In this document: positions 35,254-44,459 of the stretch, piece by piece | How the letters are laid out: the number at the start of each line of letters is the position of its first letter | Position numbering within the stretch: the first letter of the stretch is position 1 | IMG/VR virus record: IMGVR_UViG_3300045988_165550 | Location: 32,001 to 96,000 of that record | DNA from: a virus | Length of the DNA: 64,000 nt | Direction: 5' to 3' (one strand) | The notes under the pieces: generated by a model | Databases searched by the model: none | Told to the model about the DNA's origin: nothing | Seen by the model: the letters and a program-made list of their open reading frames with translations, nothing else | Made by a program: the position numbers and the translations under genes

Positions 35254-36228
35254 ATGGGAACAAAAAACAAAAAACAACAGCAGCAGGCATTGGCCAAGCG
35301 TGAGCAGCAGATCAGAAATCTGCCGACCATCTACACCTTTAATTTCAAGGATGTGCCTGCCGAGAAATATACCGCAGCTTTGGAAGCCCTCTTCTCCCAC
35401 CCCGATTTCGCTGCAGCCGTGCGCAACCGTAACGAACTCGTGCGTGCCGCGAACCGTGTTCCTTCTAACTCACCACAGATGGGTGGCCTTATCAAGGCGA
35501 TTCAGGAGAGAGATACCAAACTCGCCAAACAGATGTATGGCTTGCTTGTACAGATAAACCTGCGCAGCGAAGTAAGCTATGATTTTCTGAACTTCGGTCA
35601 TCTGCTTCGCTACTACGTAGACTATTCTAAGCCCGATATGCAGCAGAAGGTAACAAAACTTTCCGACAACCTTAACAAGGTGGCGTTCCTCGCCGACGCA
35701 CTGGAAAGCATCGTAAGACAGATTCAGGCTGATATGATGGAAATCTTCAATGGCAGCGTAGAGTTCAACCAGTTTGATGCTGTGACCCAGGTGTTGAAGC
35801 AGTTAGATGTCTTCTTCAATTTTTCGAGAACCAAAAACCCCGAGTCGAAGGATAATGAACTCTACTGCGAGTATTCCGATAGCATCAATGCCTTTGTAGA
35901 TAAGCGCATGAAGACTTACTCCGAGAAATACCGCAAACTGCACCCTTCCCTCCCCGGTTTCACTCAAGAGCAGATGATGGAAGCCATCAACCTCTTTTTT
36001 GGAGAAGACAAGAAGTTCAACGAGAGTTTTATCGCCAAAACCGAGTCGGGCGGCTGCTACATCGACGGCATGAAGCTCTTCATGAATCTCACCGAGGAGC
36101 AGACTGCCAAGCTCGATAAGCTGGTACCACGCCCCAAGGAAGGCAACAGCATGCAGAAATACTTCCTTAACGTCACCGATGCCATCATGCTCTACTATGC
36201 CCAGCAGAAAGGCATCGCCCTAAAATAA
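35254..36228 (+). CDS. Hypothetical protein
   Basis: 324-aa ORF. The overlapping 35228-35557 ORF was rejected. Confidence 0.7.
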   Translation: MGTKNKKQQQQALAKREQQIRNLPTIYTFNFKDVPAEKYTAALEALFSHPDFAAAVRNRNELVRAANRVPSNSPQMGGLIKAIQERDTKLAKQMYGLLVQINLRSEVSYDFLNFGHLLRYYVDYSKPDMQQKVTKLSDNLNKVAFLADALESIVRQIQADMMEIFNGSVEFNQFDAVTQVLKQLDVFFNFSRTKNPESKDNELYCEYSDSINAFVDKRMKTYSEKYRKLHPSLPGFTQEQMMEAINLFFGEDKKFNESFIAKTESGGCYIDGMKLFMNLTEEQTAKLDKLVPRPKEGNSMQKYFLNVTDAIMLYYAQQKGIALK

Positions 36229-36233
36229 AAAAA

Positions 36234-36965
36234 ATGCCAAATATCTATCTTCGTCTCCCCACCTCCCGCTGCCAGTTCTTCCGGCACCGCGATCCCAAGC
36301 TCACCCTGGCAAAGGATGAGCCGGTAGTGTTCAGCAACTACTCGCACGAGCACTTCATCATGCGCAACTCCCTCATCAATGCCCCAGCCCGCAGCAGCCG
36401 TATCGACCTCGGCTGTTTCTCCCAGCAGCAATGGTGCAATATGCTCACGGGTAGGCACCCTGCCGGAGGCAAGGTAATGATGCGCCGTGATGCCGGAAGC
36501 TGGCTCACCTTTCAGGAAGTTCAGCAGCTCAATGGTCGCCTTACTGATGGCAAGGGCGCACATGATGATTATCTCTGCATCCGTCTGCCCAGCGAAGTAG
36601 AGATTGTCGATACCGTTTATTCCGTAAAGCCTACCTTTACATTGGATACGTACGGCATCCGTGCCCTGGTAGTCTCACTCAACAACGATTTCAAGCGCAG
36701 CCTCGTAGAATGGTCGCTATCCACCTTCGACTTCTGCACGTCCAAAGGCAGGGTTATCGCCCGCTCCCATAACGCCATGTTGGAACGGTACTTAATGCGA
36801 TATGGCATAGAAGCCAGCGAGGAAGAGAAAGACGTATTGCGCCGCATCATCGGCAGGTGGTTCCGCACGGAGCACTGCTTCTTCAAGAGCTATTCCTGCG
36901 TGGATATGCAGTATAAAGATAGCCGTGATAAGCCCAATCGCATCGATGAAGTGCAGTGGCTATGA
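36234..36965 (+). CDS. Hypothetical protein
   Basis: 243-aa ORF, 5 nt after the previous stop. Confidence 0.7.
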   Translation: MPNIYLRLPTSRCQFFRHRDPKLTLAKDEPVVFSNYSHEHFIMRNSLINAPARSSRIDLGCFSQQQWCNMLTGRHPAGGKVMMRRDAGSWLTFQEVQQLNGRLTDGKGAHDDYLCIRLPSEVEIVDTVYSVKPTFTLDTYGIRALVVSLNNDFKRSLVEWSLSTFDFCTSKGRVIARSHNAMLERYLMRYGIEASEEEKDVLRRIIGRWFRTEHCFFKSYSCVDMQYKDSRDKPNRIDEVQWL

Positions 36966-37039
36966 TTTTACACCTTTTATAATAGGTGTTAATTCATAAT
37001 ATAATAAACGTTAAATAATAGATAAATCAAGGAAAAGAT

Positions 37040-37528
37040 ATGAAAAAAGTAAATAGTTGCAGAGAGTTATTTCTTGATGGAGTAACCGATGCTTATTTTT
37101 ATGCTGCAAGGGAAAGTTCCCTTCCTATCCCGTTCATTGTGCAGCGGGTGTTGCAGATGAATGGCTGCAGGTTTGCCGGCGAAGCACTCCATATTGCCAC
37201 CAGCGAAGGCGATAATTACGTGGTGGCAGATGCCATCACCGCCAAGCAGACTTCCCAGGAAGGTGGCAACGGCACCGCATTCAGCTTCGAGATTACCGCC
37301 AATATCGAAGCCGGAAAGGAGAATATACCCGAAATCATCAAGAATATGCACGGAAACGACTATTATATAGTCTTGCGCAAGCAGGATGATTCGCTTTATC
37401 TCTGCTATACGCTGCCTAATACCTTCCGCATCACCGATTCCGTAACCAGTCAGAACGATGCTGAAACCCGCAGCGTTACGGCAACCTGCCAGGCGATGTC
37501 GGAGTTTATCCCGATTACGCTTTCATAA
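37040..37528 (+). CDS. Hypothetical (possibly structural) protein
   Basis: 162-aa ORF followed by a clean terminator. Confidence 0.65.
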   Translation: MKKVNSCRELFLDGVTDAYFYAARESSLPIPFIVQRVLQMNGCRFAGEALHIATSEGDNYVVADAITAKQTSQEGGNGTAFSFEITANIEAGKENIPEIIKNMHGNDYYIVLRKQDDSLYLCYTLPNTFRITDSVTSQNDAETRSVTATCQAMSEFIPITLS

Positions 37529-37615
37529 TCAGTTTTTAAAAAGAATTGCCGATTCTTAATTATTATAGTTTTTAAAAATGTAATTTGTTTTAGTTTAGTA
37601 AGATTTGAATTAATA

Positions 37616-37648
37616 GCCCTGCCGTCTGTGATAGATAGCAGGGTTTTT
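37616..37648 (+). terminator. Rho-independent terminator
   Basis: CCCTGC (37616-21) / GCAGGG (37637-42), followed by T6. Confidence 0.65.
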
Positions 37649-37720
37649 TGTTTTCCCCTAAATCATAATGAAATCCCACATATAGGCTTATTTTGTCCCT
37701 ATCTGCCCACGTTTTCCCAT

Positions 37721-37728
37721 TACCTTTG
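37721..37728 (+). promoter_or_regulatory. Bacteroidota -7 box for the head-gene operon
   Basis: TACCTTTG, 104 nt upstream of the ATG at 37832. Confidence 0.55.
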
Positions 37729-37831
37729 CCGTCAGAAAATATATAAGAGTCTTCTTTTGCAATCAAGGTAAGGAGATTTGTTTTCAGGATAACGATAACA
37801 TACATTAATTTTTAAAATTCTATTACCCACA

Positions 37832-39460
37832 ATGAAAGGTCTTTATGAAATTCTGACCGAGAAGAAGTGGATGGTGAACCCCGATTTCGTGCATGGCATT
37901 CGCAAAACGATCGAGCAGAACTTAAATACTCATACAGCGTTTACCAAACCGGAAAAGACTTGTGGATTCGTCACTGCAAAGGATGATAAAGGCAACACCT
38001 ACTATCCGGAGGAATATCAGATTTCCGAGGATGGCAAGCAGGTGAGAACTAACTATCAGCTCGACTATCCGGAAGATGATGAGCGGGCGCAGAACTTTCC
38101 GTTTGTTTCGGTTCTCACCGTAGATGGTCCTATCACTCGAAATGGCGGATATTGCTCTTATGGTTCTGTCGACCATCGCGATATGATGATGCGTGCGGCT
38201 GATCATCCGCTTTGCCGAGGTCATCTTTTTATCATCAATACTCCTGGCGGTTCGGCTTGGGCTAAAAATGATTATGCCTTGGCTATCGACTATGCCCACT
38301 CCAAAGGTCAAAAGGTTATTGCTCTGGTAGATGGCATGTGCGCCAGTGCAGGTATGTATCTCGCCTCTCTTTGCGATGAGCGATATTATTTGAATCCGAA
38401 AGATGAAGTTGGTTGTATCGGTGTGATGGCTGCCTTCTATACTTTGGCTAATGGCTCAAAGGATAAATATACCGATGAGACTTATCACGAGGAGTACGAT
38501 CCAGAGTCATTCGACAAGAATAAGGCTTACCGTGACATCGCCAACAAGAACGACAATAAGGAACTCGTAAAAGAGCTTGCCGAGTTGGGTGTTGAGTTCA
38601 GAACTGACGTAAAGAAAGCTTGCCCTAATGCAACCGATAAGCATCTTAAGGGCAAGATATTTAGTGCTGAAGACGTGAAGGGAATCCTTATGGACGACCA
38701 GAGCACCTTTATGGGTTGCGTTCAGCGTTGCTTTGCTCTCTACAATGGCATAGCCGAGCCTATCAAACGAGAGGCTTCTATCCAAAAGCCAGAACCGGAA
38801 GACAACGAGCCTGAGCAGGCATCAGCATCCACTGCACAAGAAAATCATCAACATACAAACACCAAAAATCAAATCAATATGGCAAATTATCCAAAGATCA
38901 ATGCCGCTTGCGGTATGCAGGATGGTCAGCAGATTGAGGTGAAGGAGGAAGGCGCATTCATGAATGCCCCATTGCTCGACACCCTCGAAGCTCATCTCGC
39001 ATCGCAGGAGCAGGCAGTGGCTGATGCTAAGCAGAAAGCCACCACAGCAGAGCAGAGTCTTGCCGATCTCCAGGCAAAGCACGACGCACTCGCTGAAACC
39101 ATCGCCCAGAAGGACGAGGAGATTAAGAACCTGAAAGAGGCAAAGGCTAAGGCAGATGAGGACATCAAAGCCCTCAACGACGCTAAGGCAAAGGCTGATG
39201 AGGAGAAGGCAAAGGCGGATGAGGAGTTGAAGACTGCACAGGCTTCGCTCGCTACTGCCCAGCAGACCATCGCCGACAAGGACGCTCAGATTGCTGAGTT
39301 GAACGAGAACCCAGGTGAGGAGCCAGCACAGGGCGCAGCACCTCAGAACAACGGTGAGGGTGCAAAGGCTCAGAATCTCCGTGAGTTCGACCCAACGAAG
39401 TATAAGACCAATGCCGAGCGCAAGGCGGCCTTCGAGCGTTTCAAGCGAGGCGAGGAGTAA
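37832..39460 (+). CDS. Prohead protease (S49/ClpP-fold) fused to a coiled-coil scaffold domain
   Basis: IINTPGGSAW...KVIALVDGMCASAGMYLASLCDERYYLNPKDEVGCIGVM matches SppA/S49 motifs. The C-terminal third is Ala/Lys/Asp/Glu coiled coil (AKADEDIKALNDAKAKADEEKAKADEEL). Confidence 0.8.
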   Translation: MKGLYEILTEKKWMVNPDFVHGIRKTIEQNLNTHTAFTKPEKTCGFVTAKDDKGNTYYPEEYQISEDGKQVRTNYQLDYPEDDERAQNFPFVSVLTVDGPITRNGGYCSYGSVDHRDMMMRAADHPLCRGHLFIINTPGGSAWAKNDYALAIDYAHSKGQKVIALVDGMCASAGMYLASLCDERYYLNPKDEVGCIGVMAAFYTLANGSKDKYTDETYHEEYDPESFDKNKAYRDIANKNDNKELVKELAELGVEFRTDVKKACPNATDKHLKGKIFSAEDVKGILMDDQSTFMGCVQRCFALYNGIAEPIKREASIQKPEPEDNEPEQASASTAQENHQHTNTKNQINMANYPKINAACGMQDGQQIEVKEEGAFMNAPLLDTLEAHLASQEQAVADAKQKATTAEQSLADLQAKHDALAETIAQKDEEIKNLKEAKAKADEDIKALNDAKAKADEEKAKADEELKTAQASLATAQQTIADKDAQIAELNENPGEEPAQGAAPQNNGEGAKAQNLREFDPTKYKTNAERKAAFERFKRGEE

Positions 39461-39510
39461 TCTTCATTTTTCATTTAATTTCATTTCATCTTATTTAAAT
39501 TTTAATTATT

Positions 39511-40809
39511 ATGGCAAATCTTCCTAAAGATTTTATCGGCACATCAGCTCTTGAGCACGTAGCCGAGCAGGTGAGCAAGGAAATCCTCATGGGTCCAGGC
39601 TACACCGATGCAGAGGAAATGGATCGCCTCGGCATTCAGGTTATCAGTGGTGTGCAGTTTAAGCGCACTTTCAACATCTTCCTCCGTAAGGGTGGTACTA
39701 CCCGCCGTAAGGATGTTCACGCTAAAGTGAGCAGCCAGGCAGGATTCCTCAAGGAGCGTACTTTGACAGTGAAGCTTACTTGGGACCACTTTGACGATAA
39801 CATCGATAACTACTGCGAGACACCTTTCGGTACAGACGCACAGGGTCAGTATCCTCTCTCTACCCAGGCTGCAGAGGCTATCCTGAAGGATTACGCCGAC
39901 AACCTTACAGCTTGCTTGTGGTTCGGTAATATTGACCTCGATAACGGCGATGAGACCGTTCCTGCAAAGGATCAGGCTCTTGCATTGTATGATGGTTATC
40001 ATACCTGCGTAAAGCACGACATCGAGGATGGTCTTATCTCTGAGGCTAACGGCAACCTTATCCAGTGTGATGCCATCGAGGAGCCAGCCGACAACAACGA
40101 CTCTACTCCATTCGATAACTTCATCGACTGGTACTTCAAGTGGGATGCTCGTCTGCGCAAGCAGCAGGTAATGGTCTATATGAACGAGTCTACTGCCCGC
40201 AACATCGCCGCCGGTTACGCTAACAAGTATCACGGCAACTTCAAGGTAGAGACTGAGGCAGGTGACAACTTTAAGTTGCCAGGTTACTCTAAGGTAACTA
40301 TCTGTCCTGTATCAGACTTTGGTACTGGCGATCGTATGTATGCTACTGTAAAGGGCAACTTCGTTTACGGTGTTGATACAGAAAGCAACAAGACTTTCAT
40401 CAGCGTTCGTGTAGGCTCTGACACCGACCACAGAACCATCTCTTTCCAGATTCAAAGTATTCAGGGTGCAGGTATTAAGGTGCCATTCTCTAGCAGCATG
40501 GTTGTCAGCCCAGGTAAGCTTGATAACCCAGGCTACAAGGCTGGTGATTACACCGACTCTAACCTCACCGTTACCCTCGCAAAGAACAGCACTGCTGATG
40601 CAGGTGAGATTGATGGTAGCGTAAAGGTTAATGACAAACCTTACGATAAGCCAGTTGACACCAAAGCCAACGACGTGCTGACTCTTGAGGCAGTAGATGG
40701 TACCAACTTCGCCTTCGACCACTGGAGCAACGGCAGCAAGGAGAAGAAGATCCAGGTAATCGCCAGTGGCACAAGCATGGCTTACACCGCCTTCTTCAAG
40801 AAAGCCTAG
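39511..40809 (+). CDS. Major capsid protein, with a possible C-terminal InlB-B-repeat-like surface domain
   Basis: 432 aa, immediately after the protease-scaffold gene. The C-terminus LTLEAVDGTNFAFDHWSNGSKEKKIQVIASGTSMAYTAFF resembles the GYxFxxW...A.F repeat fold. Confidence 0.65.
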   Translation: MANLPKDFIGTSALEHVAEQVSKEILMGPGYTDAEEMDRLGIQVISGVQFKRTFNIFLRKGGTTRRKDVHAKVSSQAGFLKERTLTVKLTWDHFDDNIDNYCETPFGTDAQGQYPLSTQAAEAILKDYADNLTACLWFGNIDLDNGDETVPAKDQALALYDGYHTCVKHDIEDGLISEANGNLIQCDAIEEPADNNDSTPFDNFIDWYFKWDARLRKQQVMVYMNESTARNIAAGYANKYHGNFKVETEAGDNFKLPGYSKVTICPVSDFGTGDRMYATVKGNFVYGVDTESNKTFISVRVGSDTDHRTISFQIQSIQGAGIKVPFSSSMVVSPGKLDNPGYKAGDYTDSNLTVTLAKNSTADAGEIDGSVKVNDKPYDKPVDTKANDVLTLEAVDGTNFAFDHWSNGSKEKKIQVIASGTSMAYTAFFKKA

Positions 40810-40825
40810 CCTTCTCCTGCCCCCC

Positions 40826-40850
40826 CCGTTCCCAGCGATTCCATCGCTGG
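40826..40850 (+). repeat. 25-nt hairpin element, copy 4 (17 nt after the capsid TAG, preceded by C8)
   Basis: CCGTTCCCAGCGATTCCATCGCTGG. Its VPSDSIAG frame is in phase with the capsid ORF. Confidence 0.9.
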
Positions 40851-40959
40851 TCCAACAGGCAAAAAGGCAGTCCTCTATAAATCCTCGGCGGCGGTCGCCT
40901 GACCTGGCGGAATATGGCTTCCGTCGCCATTTCGTTTAATCATCAAAAAAGATACAATT

Positions 40960-41538
40960 ATGGCAGAAACAGTAACATGCCCAGAGATCAAGGATTTGCT
41001 TTCCGAGAACGATTGCTTGGAAAACTTCGGCGGTCTTGGCGTAAACGTATATGTCTTTATCAAGAGTGAGCTTGCTGCTCCTCTCTCACCAGAGAAAGGT
41101 AAGAACACCTATGCAGCGCTGACTGCTGCGTCCTTCAAGAAAGGTAAGGGTCTCTACAAGTTTGAGTGCCAGGATGGCGGTCAGGGTCACACCTGGGAGA
41201 ACCTCGGTTTCCAGAAAGGCTTCAAGCAGACCTTGGACTACGTTCTTGAGAGCGTAAATGCCGATACTGCTTATGTGGCTCGTGGTCTCAATAACCTCAA
41301 GTGTGGTTATATCATCGAGGACGGTGATAAATCAATCATCGTTTACGACAAGCAGCACGACTTCAAATACGACTCCGGTAATATTAAAGGAGACACGGGC
41401 AAAAAACCAGAAGATGATCGTGTAGTTACACTGAGCGGTTCCCTCAGTCCGACAACTTTCGGCCGTTATGAGATTGCCGCACCAGAAAGTGGATGGGATT
41501 CTCTCTGTAATGGCGCAGGCACAGCGGGGGAAGTGTAA
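40960..41538 (+). CDS. Hypothetical structural protein (head decoration or tail tube candidate)
   Basis: 192-aa ORF after the capsid gene, followed by a terminator. Confidence 0.6.
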   Translation: MAETVTCPEIKDLLSENDCLENFGGLGVNVYVFIKSELAAPLSPEKGKNTYAALTAASFKKGKGLYKFECQDGGQGHTWENLGFQKGFKQTLDYVLESVNADTAYVARGLNNLKCGYIIEDGDKSIIVYDKQHDFKYDSGNIKGDTGKKPEDDRVVTLSGSLSPTTFGRYEIAAPESGWDSLCNGAGTAGEV

Positions 41539-41700
41539 GCGGAACTGACAAGAGCGATACCAATTCCGCTCCCCGGCAGTCATCTAAGCGGAGCAAGCAG
41601 GTAGCATCTATCAATGATGAAACCGCTATGCTTGGCGAGAATGATGAATAATCGCTCACCTATCCAATGCGTTCCATTGGCAATTTACACTCTATAAATC

Positions 41701-41750
41701 AAAGCCTCGGTATTGATCCTTAGTAAAATAAGGCAAGATACCGGGGCTTT
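41701..41750 (+). terminator. Terminator after the head operon
   Basis: 13-bp stem AAAGCCTCGGTAT / ATACCGGGGCTTT with one G-U pair and a 24-nt loop, then TTTCGCATTT. Confidence 0.55.
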
Positions 41751-41847
41751 TCGCATTTAAAACTGCAAATATCTTTCATTTTTTAATATCTTATCCCATA
41801 ATTAGATTTTTTTATGCAAAATGCGTTTCCGCATAGAATATTTTTCT

Positions 41848-41855
41848 TATTTTTG
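41848..41855 (+). promoter_or_regulatory. Bacteroidota -7 box for the LysR gene
   Basis: TATTTTTG, 49 nt upstream of the ATG at 41904. Confidence 0.55.
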
Positions 41856-41903
41856 CAGCATGAAATTTTAATTTATATAGTGTAACTAAAATAGTAAGAG
41901 ATT

Positions 41904-42809
41904 ATGGAACTAAGACATTTACGTTCGTTTGTGTATGTGGCAGAGACGCTTTCTTTCAGCATCGCCGCCACCCGATGTTTTGTTACCCAATCCGCCATCA
42001 GTCAGCACATCAAGGCTCTGGAGGACGAACTGGGATGCAAGCTGCTGATACGCACATCGCACAGTATCATGCTTACCGAGAACGGAGAGGCACTTCTGCC
42101 CCGTGCCAAGGAAATACTGAAGTTGGCGGAAGACTGCAAGGAGCATATCAATGCACTCAACAACTGCATGACCGGAGAACTGCGCATCGGTGTAGGTTCC
42201 TTTATCGCACCCTATATCCGTGTGGCTGCACTTATATTCATGGAGCGATACCCTAACGTAAGAGTGAATGCCGAATTTTCCAAGGCAACGAGCCTGAACC
42301 GCCTGTTGCGAGACCACATGCTGGATCTCGCTTTTACGATGAACGAAGCTTATACCAACGAGGGCATCGAGAGCCATCCCTGCATCCCATTCAGCATTTG
42401 TGCCATCATGCGAAACACACACCCTCTTGCCAGGAAAGATAAGATAATATACGATGACCTGCTGAAGCACGGTATCATCATGCCCGATGTAGGCGAACGT
42501 GTTTTCAACACTTTTCAGCAATATTTGCAGAACGATCTCACCAAATTAAGCGTAAAGTGTATCCTCAGTGACCCCGACGAAGACCTTGCCATCATAGAAG
42601 ATACTCACCTGGTTACTTTTATGCCGAAGCTGTATCTGAAGAACCACCCTACCCTTATAGCTCGCCCTATCCAGGGCATAGGAGAAGAACTGATGAGCAA
42701 TGCCCACTGGATGAAGGATGTACCCATGAAGCGTTCTGCACAACTCTTCCTCGACATTATCAGGGACGAAGCCATCCCGTATATCAAGGCTTTGGAAGAA
42801 ACTATGTAG
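41904..42809 (+). CDS. LysR-family transcriptional regulator
   Basis: The N-terminal wHTH MELRHLRSFVYVAETLSFSIAATRCFVTQSAISQHIKALEDELGCKLLIRT is canonical. The 301-aa length includes a substrate-binding domain. Confidence 0.9.
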   Translation: MELRHLRSFVYVAETLSFSIAATRCFVTQSAISQHIKALEDELGCKLLIRTSHSIMLTENGEALLPRAKEILKLAEDCKEHINALNNCMTGELRIGVGSFIAPYIRVAALIFMERYPNVRVNAEFSKATSLNRLLRDHMLDLAFTMNEAYTNEGIESHPCIPFSICAIMRNTHPLARKDKIIYDDLLKHGIIMPDVGERVFNTFQQYLQNDLTKLSVKCILSDPDEDLAIIEDTHLVTFMPKLYLKNHPTLIARPIQGIGEELMSNAHWMKDVPMKRSAQLFLDIIRDEAIPYIKALEETM

Positions 42810-42948
42810 CTTAGTACCAAAGTACATTTGTACTTATGTACTTCTGCACGTTTGTACTTTTTCTTATCTGTCTATTAGTGTTCCTGCTTCATGATTTATC
42901 CGCAAGAACATCTAATAAAAATCACTTTTCAGTTTACTTCATTCCTAT

Positions 42949-42956
42949 TACCTTTG
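42949..42956 (+). promoter_or_regulatory. Bacteroidota -7 box
   Basis: TACCTTTG, 42 nt upstream of the ATG at 42998. Confidence 0.6.
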
Positions 42957-42997
42957 CATACGATTCCGATATTGGAAGAATTTAAACACAAAAAACT

Positions 42998-43510
42998 ATG
43001 CAGGTAAAAACGAATGATGGCAACTATGATGTTGCCAGCAAGGGATTGGGTAATACCGCCCTTGGACTTGGTATCGCAGGTTTGGCTACCAGTTTGCTGG
43101 GTGGCGGTGCATCCTTGTTTAACCTCGGCAGAGGCAACAATGGCATGACTGCCAATCCGAGTGATCCGGATGCACGCTTTGTAACCAAGAGTGAGACCAA
43201 CCTTATTCAGGAGAACTCTACATTGAAGACGGAACTTGCTATCCAGAAGAGTGAGAACTATACCGACAAGAAGATGGTAGATGTTACTCAGTATCTTGAC
43301 GGTAAGATTCGCCAGCTCGAAAACAAGGTGGATGCCAATAAGGATGCACAGCAGGCGGTCAACGCAGAGCAGATGGCATACAATGCCGCTGCCAACGCCA
43401 ACATCGACGTGCTGAAATCGCAGGTGGCTTCACTCACGAGTGTTACCAAGCTGATGATTCCATCGGGCAATGTTTGTCAGATGGGGTGTGGATGCGCTTG
43501 TAACCAGTAA
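42998..43510 (+). CDS. Gly-rich hydrophobic N-terminus plus coiled coil plus C-terminal Cys cluster protein
   Basis: GNTALGLGIAGLATSLLGGGASLF, a long heptad region, and an ending of CQMGCGCACNQ. Confidence 0.6.
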   Translation: MQVKTNDGNYDVASKGLGNTALGLGIAGLATSLLGGGASLFNLGRGNNGMTANPSDPDARFVTKSETNLIQENSTLKTELAIQKSENYTDKKMVDVTQYLDGKIRQLENKVDANKDAQQAVNAEQMAYNAAANANIDVLKSQVASLTSVTKLMIPSGNVCQMGCGCACNQ

Positions 43511-43540
43511 CCGTATTTTCGGATAAAAGGAAGAAACGAT

Positions 43541-43963
43541 ATGGATTACAAGAACTCGCAAATCCTGGCAGCGGTGGTGTCCGAATGGGCACGCCCTGCC
43601 ATCTCTCAGATAGCGGCTGGCAATCTGATGCACTTGCCTATGCTCCAGTCTCTCCAGGCTACCATCGGCAGCATGGGACTGGTGAGCGGCAACTATTCTC
43701 TGCAAGCCGATATAGAACCGATGATTCAGCCTGTGGTCAATGCGCTTGTCACTCCGATGCTCGCCAAGTATTTCGGGAACATTCCCGAAGAGAGCATTCC
43801 GCAGATGGCGCACGATGTGGTAGAGCAGCTTCGCTACAAAGGACCGCTCTCTATCCTGGAGGGTGTGATAACCTTTGACGAGGAGGATCTTGACGAACTC
43901 GCCGACCTTCTTCAGAAGAACCTTCCGGTAGAGAAGACCCAGGGCTATCAAGTGAAACATTAA
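43541..43963 (+). CDS. Hypothetical protein
   Basis: 140-aa ORF. The antisense ORF 43430-43960 was rejected. Confidence 0.6.
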   Translation: MDYKNSQILAAVVSEWARPAISQIAAGNLMHLPMLQSLQATIGSMGLVSGNYSLQADIEPMIQPVVNALVTPMLAKYFGNIPEESIPQMAHDVVEQLRYKGPLSILEGVITFDEEDLDELADLLQKNLPVEKTQGYQVKH

Positions 43964-44004
43964 TGCGGCGGTGAAGTCGTCGCTCTATTAAAACAGAAAA
44001 GACT

Positions 44005-44427
44005 ATGAACAAAAGAACAATTCCAGCCTGCATCATGGCTACGCTTGCAGTAGGTGCAACCGCCACTGCTCCCTATTATGATGTAAATATCACGCAGCAG
44101 CTCTGTGCTCCTTCATGCGTGGACGAGACTCCGGTTTTCAACCCTCAGTTCTCTGTAAAGAGTATTGCCAACGTGGGTACTTCGCAATATCTCATAACCA
44201 TTCACTTAGAGGGTGTTATCAGTTACGTGCCTTGCAACTGCGGCTCCTGCTGCACCCGCTCGCAGGTAGTAAGTCAGGATTTCACCATTCCTGTCTTCTC
44301 TGCTACGGCAATCACGAACGTTACCACATCTCTTGGCAGCGTGAAAAACCGTCTTGTCAAGGTAGCCTGCTGCTCCTGTAGCAAGACTTTCGTGTGCGAT
44401 GCTCCGTTAACACTCACCATCGCATGA
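44005..44427 (+). CDS. Cys-rich protein with a signal-peptide-like N-terminus
   Basis: N-terminus MNKRTIPACIMATLAVGATATA, 13 Cys in total, including CNCGSCC and CCSCS. Confidence 0.6.
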   Translation: MNKRTIPACIMATLAVGATATAPYYDVNITQQLCAPSCVDETPVFNPQFSVKSIANVGTSQYLITIHLEGVISYVPCNCGSCCTRSQVVSQDFTIPVFSATAITNVTTSLGSVKNRLVKVACCSCSKTFVCDAPLTLTIA

Positions 44428-44459
44428 CTATCCACTAACAAAAGGAAAGGTAAAAGACG

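Noticed and set aside
35228-35557. 109-aa ORF overlapping the start of 35254-36228 in another frame.
   Set aside because: It starts with TTG, has Ser/Arg/Pro-rich shadow composition, and is fully overlapped by the longer ORF, which has a good ATG context.
22742-37710. Shared 11-mer TATCTGCCCAC next to promoter boxes at 22742 and 37700.
   Set aside because: Hundreds of identical 11-mer pairs are expected by chance in 64 kb, and flanking sequence is not conserved.
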